Positions 46,946-54,443 of a stretch of DNA of 54,443 nt are shown here, one piece after another. How positions within the stretch are numbered: the stretch's first letter is position 1; the number at the start of each line of letters is the position of its first letter. Source of the DNA: an uncultured Enterobacteriaceae bacterium (GTDB lineage Bacteria > Pseudomonadota > Gammaproteobacteria > Burkholderiales > SG8-39); NCBI GenBank assembly GCA_964627075.1, contig CAZVHU010000002.1:1-54443 (forward strand), in the 5' to 3' direction. The notes under the pieces are model-generated. The model was not told where the DNA came from, ran no database searches, and was given only the letters and a program-made list of their open reading frames with translations. The position numbers were made by a program, and so were the translations under genes.

Positions 46946-47067
46946 GCGGGCCTCCTTGGCGGTCGTCACGGCCCCATCCATAGCACCCGCGGACTTACGG
47001 ATGAGTTACCTGCACATTGCGGACCGGCTTGCCCCGAAGGGCGGCGCGCGTCCCGGCGCCGGCACCC

Positions 47068-47631
47068 TCAGCAGGGCGTCGCCACGGCCTCGCGCGCCAT
47101 GCGCTCCAGGACCGGCACGAAATCCGACAACCCGGGCGTGGCCTTGCCGGGCACTTTCGCGAGGTCGTCCCAGCGTCGCAGCCGCACGGCGTCCCAGCAG
47201 TACGGGTGCGACAGGAAGCGCTCTGCCGTGACGATGTTCAATTTCCCGCCCTGCAGCTCCAGACTGCGTTTGGAGGCGGTCGAGAGGCCTTCCCAGTAGG
47301 CGCCCTCGGCGTAGCACAGATAGCGCTTGGCATCGACGTGCAGCCGGACCGGCTCCAGAACGCTGTTCGGAAAAGTGCGCCTCAAGTACGGTACCGCGAG
47401 GTACTGGTGCACGTCGTCGATCTCGCTGCCGCCGTGCCGCGGCGGCGGGGCGACAAGGTGCCCGATGTCATGCAGCAGGCACGCCGCCAACAGCGCGTCG
47501 GCGGCGCCGGCTTCGGCGGCGAGCGCCGCGCACTGCAGCGCATGCCCGAGCTGGCTGACGGCTTCGCCGCCGTACATCGCGGCGCCGCGGGTCTCGTACA
47601 GCTTGATGATCTCGTCGATTCCGAACGCCAT
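47068..47631 (-). CDS. HD-domain protein of the phosphonate-operon-associated (PhnZ-like) type
   Basis: H...HD..H metal-ligand pattern (LGHALQCA...LLHDIGHLV...VH....H). Located immediately after phnCDE. Confidence 0.7.
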   Translation of the reverse strand: MAFGIDEIIKLYETRGAAMYGGEAVSQLGHALQCAALAAEAGAADALLAACLLHDIGHLVAPPPRHGGSEIDDVHQYLAVPYLRRTFPNSVLEPVRLHVDAKRYLCYAEGAYWEGLSTASKRSLELQGGKLNIVTAERFLSHPYCWDAVRLRRWDDLAKVPGKATPGLSDFVPVLERMAREAVATPC

Positions 47632-47639
47632 GCTGCCTC

Positions 47640-48440
47640 CTATATGAAGCGCTTGCGGATTTCAGCGGACAGCAGGTCCACTGCGCTCACCGTCAAAATG
47701 ATGATCACCAGCACGGCGGAGGTTTCCGCGTAGTAAAAGCCGCGGATGACCTCCCACAGCACCACGCCGATGCCGCCTGCGCCGACCATGCCGACGACCG
47801 ACGCCGAGCGAACGTTGGCCTCGAAGCGATAAAGCGAATACGAGATCCACAGCGGCATCACCTGCGGCACGATGCCGTAGACGATCTCGTCCAGCTTGCT
47901 CGCGCCAGTGGCGCGTATGCCTTCTACCGGCTGCGGGTCGATTGCCTCGATCGCCTCGGAAAACAGCTTTGCGAGCGTGCCGGTGGTGTGCACCCAGAGC
48001 GCCAGCACCCCGGCGAAAGGGCCCAGGCCGACTGCGACCACGAATAGCATCGCGAACACCATCTCGTTGATGGCGCGAAACGCGTCCAGCACACGCCGCA
48101 CCGGCTGGTGGATCCACCACGGCGCGACGTTCGACGCGGCGAGCAGCCCACAGGGCACTGCGCAGGCCACCGCGAGCGCGGTGCCCCACACCGCGATCTG
48201 CAGCGTCACCAGCATCTCCCGCAGGTAGATGCGCCACTCGCGGAAGCTCGGCGGGAAGAAGTCGGCCAGGTACCTGGCCATGTTGCCCGAGTCGCGCGCC
48301 AGCTCCAGGGGCCGCATGTCGGCCCCATGCCAGGAGGCGGCCAGCAGGCCGAGCACCGCACCCCAGGCGAGCAACGCCCCAAGTGAGCGCCTGGGCAGCG
48401 CCGCGGGGGGATGCTGTGCGAGGGTTGCGGACCGGCTCAT
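47640..48440 (-). CDS. phnE: Phosphonate ABC transporter permease PhnE
   Basis: Six-TM permease with the [23 protein letters not shown]-loop typical of PhnE; follows phnC and phnD. Confidence 0.9.
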   Translation of the reverse strand: MSRSATLAQHPPAALPRRSLGALLAWGAVLGLLAASWHGADMRPLELARDSGNMARYLADFFPPSFREWRIYLREMLVTLQIAVWGTALAVACAVPCGLLAASNVAPWWIHQPVRRVLDAFRAINEMVFAMLFVVAVGLGPFAGVLALWVHTTGTLAKLFSEAIEAIDPQPVEGIRATGASKLDEIVYGIVPQVMPLWISYSLYRFEANVRSASVVGMVGAGGIGVVLWEVIRGFYYAETSAVLVIIILTVSAVDLLSAEIRKRFI

Positions 48441-48447
48441 TGGACGG

Positions 48448-48472
48448 AAAAAAGCCGCGGCCCGAAGGCCGC
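48448..48472 (-). terminator. Intra-operon hairpin with U-tract between phnD and phnE (attenuator or partial terminator)
   Basis: The minus strand reads GCGGCC-UUCG-GGCCGC then GGCUUUUUU; the U-tract ends 7 nt before the phnE ATG. Confidence 0.6.
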
Positions 48473-48490
48473 CACAAGGGAGGAGCCGTG

Positions 48491-49465
48491 TCAGCGCTTG
48501 AGTGCCGCCATCTGGGTGCCGAGCTCGGCGAGCTTGCGCTCGATCTCCTCGAGCTTCGCCTGTTTCTCGCCGGCCGGCAGCGCCGTGTCCTTCTCCAGCG
48601 CGAGCTTCTGCTTGAACAGCTCGAGCTGCCGTATCGGCAGCAGCTGGTTGTTGTCGGAAGCCTGGAAGCCGGAAATGCCGATCTTCCTCAGCGCTGCGCG
48701 CTCGCGCTCGTCCCTTCCGTAGGTGACGAAGAAGTCCTTGATTCTCGCCTTGAGCTGGGGATCGAGGTCCTTGCGGTAGATCATCGGATCGGACGGGATC
48801 AGCGGCGACTTCCAGATCACCTTGATGTCCTTCGCCTTCTCGGGCTGGCGGCGCCCGAACTTCTCGTAGCTCTCGTTGTTGTTGGTCGCCACGTCGACCT
48901 GCTTGTTGGCCACCGCGATCAGGTTGGTCTCGTGGTTCGCGGTGCGCATGGTCTTGAACGAGCTCTTGGGATCCATGCCGTGCAAGGCCATGGCGAAGTA
49001 GCCCGGCACGAGGAAGCCCGAGGTCGAGTTGGGATCGCCGTAGCCGAGGTTCAGGCTCTTCGCCTGGCGCTTCACGTCCTCGATCGAGTTGAGGGGGCTG
49101 TCGCGGTGCACGATCAGGAACGACCAGTAGCCCGGGCTGCCGTCCTCGGCGATCTGCTGCGCGAACACCTCGCCGCCGGAGCGATCGACCGCCTCCATGC
49201 CGGACTTGTTGCCGAACCAGGCCACGTGCACCTTGTTGAAGCGCATGCCCTCGATGATGCCGCCGTAGTCGGGCGCGAAGAACCCGTTGACCTTCATGCC
49301 GAGGTGTTTCTGCATGTCCTGCAGAAGAACGCCCCAGTCCTGCTTCAGGTTCTGCGTCGACTCGGTGGAGATGATGCCGAAGTTGATCTCGGCGAGCCGC
49401 TCCGCGCCCGCGGGATGCGCGACCGCTGCGGCCAGCGCCAGTGTTACCGTCAGTTTCCTGAGCAT
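48491..49465 (-). CDS. phnD: Phosphonate ABC transporter substrate-binding protein PhnD
   Basis: Signal peptide [16 protein letters not shown], then NFGIISTES...[23 protein letters not shown]...[12 protein letters not shown], typical of PhnD. AAGGAGG RBS. Confidence 0.9.
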   Translation of the reverse strand: MLRKLTVTLALAAAVAHPAGAERLAEINFGIISTESTQNLKQDWGVLLQDMQKHLGMKVNGFFAPDYGGIIEGMRFNKVHVAWFGNKSGMEAVDRSGGEVFAQQIAEDGSPGYWSFLIVHRDSPLNSIEDVKRQAKSLNLGYGDPNSTSGFLVPGYFAMALHGMDPKSSFKTMRTANHETNLIAVANKQVDVATNNNESYEKFGRRQPEKAKDIKVIWKSPLIPSDPMIYRKDLDPQLKARIKDFFVTYGRDERERAALRKIGISGFQASDNNQLLPIRQLELFKQKLALEKDTALPAGEKQAKLEEIERKLAELGTQMAALKR

Positions 49466-49487
49466 GTGTGCCTCCTTTCGGTTGGGT

Positions 49488-50387
49488 TTAGGCGGCCTGC
49501 GCCGCGCGTATCGATTCGCGCCCCCGCTCGGCATGCGCCGCGACCGCGGCGTCGGCCTCGCCGGTGGCAGCGCCGGAACCTTGCCGCGCGCCGAGCACCG
49601 AGATGTGATCGGGAAGCGCGAGAATCTCGTCCGCCTCGGCGCCGTAGAGCTCGCGCAGCAGCGCCGAGGTCAGCTCGCCGGACGGCCCGTCATACACCAC
49701 GCGGCCGTGGCGCAGCGCCACGGTGCGCGGGCAGTACCTCAAGGCGACATTGACCTGGTGCAGCGACACCAGCACCGTGCAGCGGTCCTCGCGATTGATC
49801 GTCGCGAGGATTTCCATGACCTTGCGTGAAGACTCCGGGTCCAGCGAAGCGATCGGCTCGTCGGCAAGCAAGATGCGCGCCCGCTGCACGAGCGCGCGCG
49901 CGATCGCGCCGCGCTGCTGCTGGCCGCCGGAAAGCGTGGAGGCGCGTTGCGCCGCGTGGTCCACCATGCCGACGCGCGCAAGCGCCTCGAGCCCGGCGCG
50001 CATCTCCTCGCGTGAGAACCAGCGCGCCACGCTCCGCCAGGCGGACATGCGGTGCAGCATCCCGGTCATGACATTGACGATGAGCGGCAGCCGACCCACG
50101 AGGTTGAACTGCTGGAACACGAAGCCGATTCCGGCGCGAACCCTGCGGATGTCGCGCGCCGGTCGCCCGCCGCGCTGCACCAGGCGGCCGTGCGCCAGCA
50201 CTTCGCCGCTGCCGGCATCGCCGCACACCAAGCCCGCGAGATGGCGAAGCAGCGTGGACTTGCCCGAGCCGGAGGCGCCGATCAGTGCCACCATCTCGCC
50301 GGGCATGACTTCGAGATTGACCGCCTCGAGTGCGCGCCGCGCGCCGAAGGTCTTGCTCAGTCCGGTGATGCGGATCGCGGGCTGCAT
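49488..50387 (-). CDS. phnC: Phosphonate ABC transporter ATP-binding protein PhnC
   Basis: [53 protein letters not shown]. Start set at ATG 50387. Confidence 0.9.
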   Translation of the reverse strand: MQPAIRITGLSKTFGARRALEAVNLEVMPGEMVALIGASGSGKSTLLRHLAGLVCGDAGSGEVLAHGRLVQRGGRPARDIRRVRAGIGFVFQQFNLVGRLPLIVNVMTGMLHRMSAWRSVARWFSREEMRAGLEALARVGMVDHAAQRASTLSGGQQQRGAIARALVQRARILLADEPIASLDPESSRKVMEILATINREDRCTVLVSLHQVNVALRYCPRTVALRHGRVVYDGPSGELTSALLRELYGAEADEILALPDHISVLGARQGSGAATGEADAAVAAHAERGRESIRAAQAA

Positions 50388-50442
50388 AAAGACGGTTGAC
50401 GCGGCGCAGTCTAGGCAGAGCAGGTTACGCTCTGAAGACAGC

Positions 50443-51585
50443 TCACACGATGCGCTGGCCGGCCCTCCAGACTGCCCGCACCACGGGATGGCCGTCGAGC
50501 AGATGCACGCGCACCAGGTCGGCGCGCAGGCCCGCTGCGATCTCGCCACGGTCGGCGAGGCCGGCGGCGCGCGCGGGATTCGTGCTCACCGTCGCGACCG
50601 CCTGCGCGACGTCAAAGCCGGCCACCGACACCAGGCGGAACGCCGCCATCAGCAGGCTCGCGGGGACGTAGTCCGAGGACAGCGAGTCGAGCAGCCCCTG
50701 CCGTGCCAGCTCGGCGGCGGCGACGTTACCCGAATGGGATCCGCCGCGCACCACGTTGGGCGCGCCCATGACGATCGCCATGCCGGCGCCGCGCGCGGCA
50801 CGCGCCGCCTCGAGCCGCGTCGGGAACTCGGAGATGAGGGCGCCTTCAGCGCGCGCCTGCGCGACGTGCGCTGCATGCGTGTCGTCGTGGCTCGCGAGCG
50901 CGATCCCGTGCGCGCGGGCGTAGGCCACAAAGTAGCCCCGGTTCGGAATTGCATTGCGCTCCTGCAGGTCGCAAGAATCCGCGACGGAGCGCGCGAATTT
51001 CTCCGCCGACCAGCCCTTCTTGCCGCAGTAGTAGACGCGCGCCTGTTCGATGTCTTCCCATTGGCGCTGCCCCGGCGTGTGATCCATGAGGGAGATCAGA
51101 CCGACCAGCGGATGCCCGGCGAATGGCTCGAAAAGCGTTCGCGTGTTCGGCGCGGGCAGCTCGACTCGGATGTGCAGCCGGTGCTCGGCGCGCAGCATCC
51201 CCCCGCACGACGCATGCCTGATCGCTTCCAGCACCGGCCCCAGGTCCTGGCCGCGCATCGCGTCGGGATCGGCGTCGCCGACGCCGAGCGCGTCGTACAC
51301 GGTGGTGATGCCGGCCGCGGCGATCTCGGCGTCGTGGCTCAGGAGAGCCGGCAGCTCCGGCCAGCGCACCATGGGGCGCGGCATCAGGTGGCGCTCGAAA
51401 TTGTCGGTGTGCAGTTCGACCAACCCCGGGATCAGGAAGTCACCCTCCAGGTCGATGCTGCCCGCGACCCCGGTCGCGCCCGCGTGCACGCTCGCGATGC
51501 GCCCATCGCGCAGCGCGACCGAGCCGTGCACGGTCTCCCCGCCGGTCACCACCTGCGCGTTGGCGAGCACCGTCTCGGCGCTCAT
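50443..51585 (-). CDS. phnM: Alpha-D-ribose 1-methylphosphonate 5-triphosphate diphosphatase PhnM
   Basis: Amidohydrolase-fold [11 protein letters not shown] motif, [24 protein letters not shown], typical of PhnM. Confidence 0.9.
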   Translation of the reverse strand: MSAETVLANAQVVTGGETVHGSVALRDGRIASVHAGATGVAGSIDLEGDFLIPGLVELHTDNFERHLMPRPMVRWPELPALLSHDAEIAAAGITTVYDALGVGDADPDAMRGQDLGPVLEAIRHASCGGMLRAEHRLHIRVELPAPNTRTLFEPFAGHPLVGLISLMDHTPGQRQWEDIEQARVYYCGKKGWSAEKFARSVADSCDLQERNAIPNRGYFVAYARAHGIALASHDDTHAAHVAQARAEGALISEFPTRLEAARAARGAGMAIVMGAPNVVRGGSHSGNVAAAELARQGLLDSLSSDYVPASLLMAAFRLVSVAGFDVAQAVATVSTNPARAAGLADRGEIAAGLRADLVRVHLLDGHPVVRAVWRAGQRIV

Positions 51586-52274
51586 GCGAACGCCTCCATG
51601 TCGAGCACCTGGGTCGCAACCGCGTCACGCACCGCGCGGTCGTGGAAGATTCCCACGATCGCCGCGCCCGCCTCGCGCGCTTCGTTGATCATCACCGAGA
51701 CGGTGGCGCGGTTCTCCGCGTCGAGCGCCGCGGTCGGCTCGTCGAGCAGCAGCACCGGGCGCGCGCGCACCAGCCCCCGCGCGAGGTTGACGCGCTGCTG
51801 CTCACCACCCGAGAAAGTCGCGGGCGCGACGCTCCACAGCCGCATGGGAATGCGAAGGCGCAGCAGCAGCTGCTCGGCGGCGTGGCGCGCGGCCTCCACT
51901 GCGGCGCGGTCTCCGTCCTCGCCCTCGAGCAGGGGCTCGGCCACCACCTGCAGCGCCGGCACGCGCGGCACGACGCGCAGGAACTGGCTCACGTAGCCGA
52001 CCGCTTCACGGCGCATGCGCAGCAGCGCCTGAGGCGCGGCGCTGGTCACCTCGGTGTCGCCGATCGTGATCGTGCCGGCGCTGGCGCGGTAGTTCGCATA
52101 AAGGCACTTGAGCAGCGTGCTCTTGCCGCATCCGGAGCGGCCGTCGAGCGCCAGGCACTCGCCCGGCCGCACCTCGAAGGACACGTTCTCCAGCACGCGC
52201 AGCTCGACACCGCCCTGTTGGTGCAGCACAAAGGACTTGGCGAGTCCGCGCACCCGGATGCCTGGATGCGTCAT
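51582..52274 (-). CDS. phnL: C-P lyase system ATP-binding protein PhnL
   Basis: GRSGCGKSTLLKCLY, FSGGEQQRVNLARG, LLLDEPTAALD, IFHD. ATGA overlaps with phnK and phnM. Confidence 0.9.
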   Translation of the reverse strand: MTHPGIRVRGLAKSFVLHQQGGVELRVLENVSFEVRPGECLALDGRSGCGKSTLLKCLYANYRASAGTITIGDTEVTSAAPQALLRMRREAVGYVSQFLRVVPRVPALQVVAEPLLEGEDGDRAAVEAARHAAEQLLLRLRIPMRLWSVAPATFSGGEQQRVNLARGLVRARPVLLLDEPTAALDAENRATVSVMINEAREAGAAIVGIFHDRAVRDAVATQVLDMEAFA

Positions 52275-53059
52275 GGCTGCAGCACCGCCGAGACGAGCAG
52301 CTGGCTGTAGGGATGCTGCGGGTCGTCGAGCACCTGGTCGGTGAGGCCTTGCTCGACGGCCCGGCCGTCCTTCATGACGAGCATGCGCTGCGCCAGAAGG
52401 CGCGCCACCGCGAGATCGTGCGTGACCACGACCGCCGCGAGGCCAAGCTCGCGCGTCAAGGTGCGCAGCAGATCCAACAGGCGCGCCTGCACCGAGACGT
52501 CCAGCCCCGCCGTGGGCTCGTCCATGAACACCAGCCGCGGCCGCGTCACGAGGTTGCGCGCGATCTGCAGCCGCTGCCGCATGCCCCCGGAGAAGGTGTG
52601 CGGCGCGTCGTCGATCCGCGATGCGTCGACTTCCACCCGCGCAAGCCATTCGCAGGCTTCGCTGCGGATGCGCCCGTAGTTGCGCGCCCCCAAGGCCATC
52701 AGGCGCTCGCCCACGTTGGCCCCCGCCGAGACCTGCATGCGCAGTCCCTGGTCCGGGTGCTGGTGCACATAGCCCCAGTCGGTGCGCGCCAGCATCCGGC
52801 GCTCCGCCTCGGGCATCGCGTGGACGTCCTTCATTCCCTCATGCCGCGTCCGGTACCGCACGCTGCCGGCGTCGGGCCGCGTGCGGCCGCACAGGCAGTC
52901 GAGCAGCGTCGTCTTGCCGGAGCCGGACTCGCCCACCACGGCGAGCACCTCGCCAGGCCAGAGCTCCAGCGACACCGCGTCCACGGCGACGCGCGTCGCA
53001 TAGCGCCTGGTCACGCCGCAGGCGCTCAGGATCGGGCCCTCGACAGCCTGCACGCTCAC
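52271..53059 (-). CDS. phnK: C-P lyase system ATP-binding protein PhnK
   Basis: GESGSGKTTLL, FSGGMRQRLQIARNL, VFMDEPTAGLDVSVQA, THDL. GTG start overlapping the phnJ stop (53053 alternative). Confidence 0.9.
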   Translation of the reverse strand: MSVQAVEGPILSACGVTRRYATRVAVDAVSLELWPGEVLAVVGESGSGKTTLLDCLCGRTRPDAGSVRYRTRHEGMKDVHAMPEAERRMLARTDWGYVHQHPDQGLRMQVSAGANVGERLMALGARNYGRIRSEACEWLARVEVDASRIDDAPHTFSGGMRQRLQIARNLVTRPRLVFMDEPTAGLDVSVQARLLDLLRTLTRELGLAAVVVTHDLAVARLLAQRMLVMKDGRAVEQGLTDQVLDDPQHPYSQLLVSAVLQP

Positions 53060-53943
53060 TCGACCAGCCCCCGTGCGCGGCGCCCGCCGCAGTAGTCGGT
53101 ATCCGAGCACACGAACATTCGGCCACCCTGGTCGTCGGTGACGACCTCGTCGAGAAAGCTCGTGCGCGAGCCGCACAGCGCGCAGGCGCTCGACCACCTC
53201 TGCGCCTCGAACGGGTGGTCCTCGAATGCAAGGCTTTCGACCGGGGTGTAGGGGGGCAGCGCGTAGATGCGCTTCTCGCGACCCGCGCCAAAGAGTTGCA
53301 GCGCCGGGTTGAGGTGCAGCTTCGGGTTGTCGAACTTGGGAATCGGCGATGGCGCCATCAGGTAGCGGCCGTTCACCAGCACCGGGTAGTCGTAGCTTGC
53401 GGCGATGCGGCCGAAGCGCGCGATGTCCTCATAGAGCTTGACGTGCATCAGGCCGTACTCGGCGAGCGCGTGCAGGCGCCGCGTTTCGGCCTCGCGCGGC
53501 TCCAGGCGCTGCAGCGGCTCGGGAACCGGCACCTGGTACACGATGATCTGCCCTTCCCGGAGCGGCGTTTCCGGAATGCGGTGCCGTGTCTGGATGATGC
53601 TCGCCTCGGTGGTGCGCTCCGTGGTGGCGACGCCGGTGCAGCGCCGGAAGAAGCGCCGGATGTTGACCGCGTTCACCGTGTCGTCGGCGCCCTGGTCAAT
53701 CACCTTGAGCACGTCGCCGGGACCGATGATCGACGCGGTCACCTGGATGCCGCCGGTGCCCCAGCCGTAAGGCAACGGCATCTCGCGGGAGCCGAAAGGC
53801 ACCTGGTACCCGGGGATCGCCACGGCCTTGAGGATCGCCCGCCGGATCATGCGCTTGCTGCGCTCGTCGAGAAATCCGAAGTTGTAGTGGCGGTCGCGTG
53901 CGGCGGCCGGATTCGCGGCCGCGAGCGCAGCCGGGGCATTCAT
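53056..53943 (-). CDS. phnJ: Carbon-phosphorus lyase core radical SAM subunit PhnJ
   Basis: YNFGFLDE..KR.IRRAILKA.AIPGYQVPF.SREMP.PYGWGTGG.Q.T and the C-terminal Cys cluster CALCGS...VCSDTDYC. Confidence 0.95.
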   Translation of the reverse strand: MNAPAALAAANPAAARDRHYNFGFLDERSKRMIRRAILKAVAIPGYQVPFGSREMPLPYGWGTGGIQVTASIIGPGDVLKVIDQGADDTVNAVNIRRFFRRCTGVATTERTTEASIIQTRHRIPETPLREGQIIVYQVPVPEPLQRLEPREAETRRLHALAEYGLMHVKLYEDIARFGRIAASYDYPVLVNGRYLMAPSPIPKFDNPKLHLNPALQLFGAGREKRIYALPPYTPVESLAFEDHPFEAQRWSSACALCGSRTSFLDEVVTDDQGGRMFVCSDTDYCGGRRARGLVE

Positions 53944-54443
53944 GCGGCCTCCGTCGCGGGGCGCCCTGCGCCAGCGCGCAGCTTGCGCACCAACTCGAGC
54001 TCGGACTGGAAATCGACGTAGTGCGGCAGCTTCAGGTGCTGCACGAAGCCCGATGCCTCCAGGCTGTCCGAATGCGACAGCACGAACTCCGCCATCTGCG
54101 CCGGCGATTCGACGCGCTCGCCCAGCTCCTCGGCGCGCAGCGCGCGATCCACCAGCGCCATCGCCATCGCCTTTCTCTCGCTGTGCCCGAACGCGAGGCC
54201 GTAGCCGCGGGTGAACTGCGCCGGCTCGCTTTTCGAGCCCGCGAACTGGTTCAGCATCTGGCATTCGGTAAGCGCGATCTCTCCGATCACCACGGCAAGC
54301 CCGAGCTCCTCTGCGACCAGCTCGACTTCGACCACGCCGAAGCGGATCTCGCCGGCAAACGGATGGCTGTGCGCGTAGCCGCGCTGGGTCGAGTAGCCCA
54401 TCGCCAGCAGGAAGCCCTCGTCGCCGCGCGCGAGGTTCTGCAG
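53940..54443 (-). CDS. phnI: C-P lyase complex subunit PhnI, C-terminal part (gene continues past window end)
   Basis: The open frame runs to the window edge. ...GYSTQRGYA..HPFAGEIR.G...VEL...ELG....IGEI.LTECQM.NQF and its position before phnJ support the call. Confidence 0.9.
   Translation of the reverse strand: MQNLARGDEGFLLAMGYSTQRGYAHSHPFAGEIRFGVVEVELVAEELGLAVVIGEIALTECQMLNQFAGSKSEPAQFTRGYGLAFGHSERKAMAMALVDRALRAEELGERVESPAQMAEFVLSHSDSLEASGFVQHLKLPHYVDFQSELELVRKLRAGAGRPATEAA

Overview
By eye this is a high-GC chromosomal segment with betaproteobacterial gene order; GC was not computed. Most of it is core housekeeping. In order, the window holds:
- the end of a Dpp/Opp-type peptide ABC transporter
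- a degenerate-GGDEF/EAL protein, then 5'-nucleotidase and asmA
- tRNA-Gly, an orphan solute-binding protein, an FkbM methyltransferase and a class III cyclase
- thiS-thiG-trmB, then rph-rdgB-hemW, then yicC-gmk-rpoZ-spoT
- a B12-radical-SAM/DUF4070 enzyme and a DegP-type protease
- a small stress/unknown-function cluster: Usp, orphan CheR-like methyltransferase, an 85-aa protein, a palm-less PolX-like HhH protein, a PRTase, DUF72 and a PhaC-like hydrolase, ending at tRNA-Lys
- yeeE, then the full ybgC-tolQRAB-pal-cpoB operon preceded by a DUF2330 + RnfD/NqrB-like pair
- ruvC-ruvA-(fic)-ruvB, yebC and a DUF853 ATPase
- a C-P lyase/phosphonate transport cluster, phnI(partial)JKLM-phnCDE plus an HD protein.

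I saw no CRISPR array, IS element, integrase or rRNA. The observations most worth following up:
1. The exported DUF2330 protein and its RnfD-like membrane partner sit directly upstream of tol-pal.
2. An autoinhibited fic gene with its own tandem-repeat promoter lies antisense between ruvA and ruvB, and ruvB carries a single in-frame TAG.
3. A ~72-nt GC-rich hairpin element occurs twice (~90% identical) and ends exactly on the ATG of gmk and of tolQ.
4. An AT-rich palindrome occurs at two unlinked gene ends.
5. The divergent CheR-like/small-protein versus PolX-like module has no assigned function.
6. There are several collapsed gene relics.

All functional calls come from motif recognition in the supplied translations. 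No database search was run. Coordinates I derived myself are anchored to the ORF track and could be off by a base or two.
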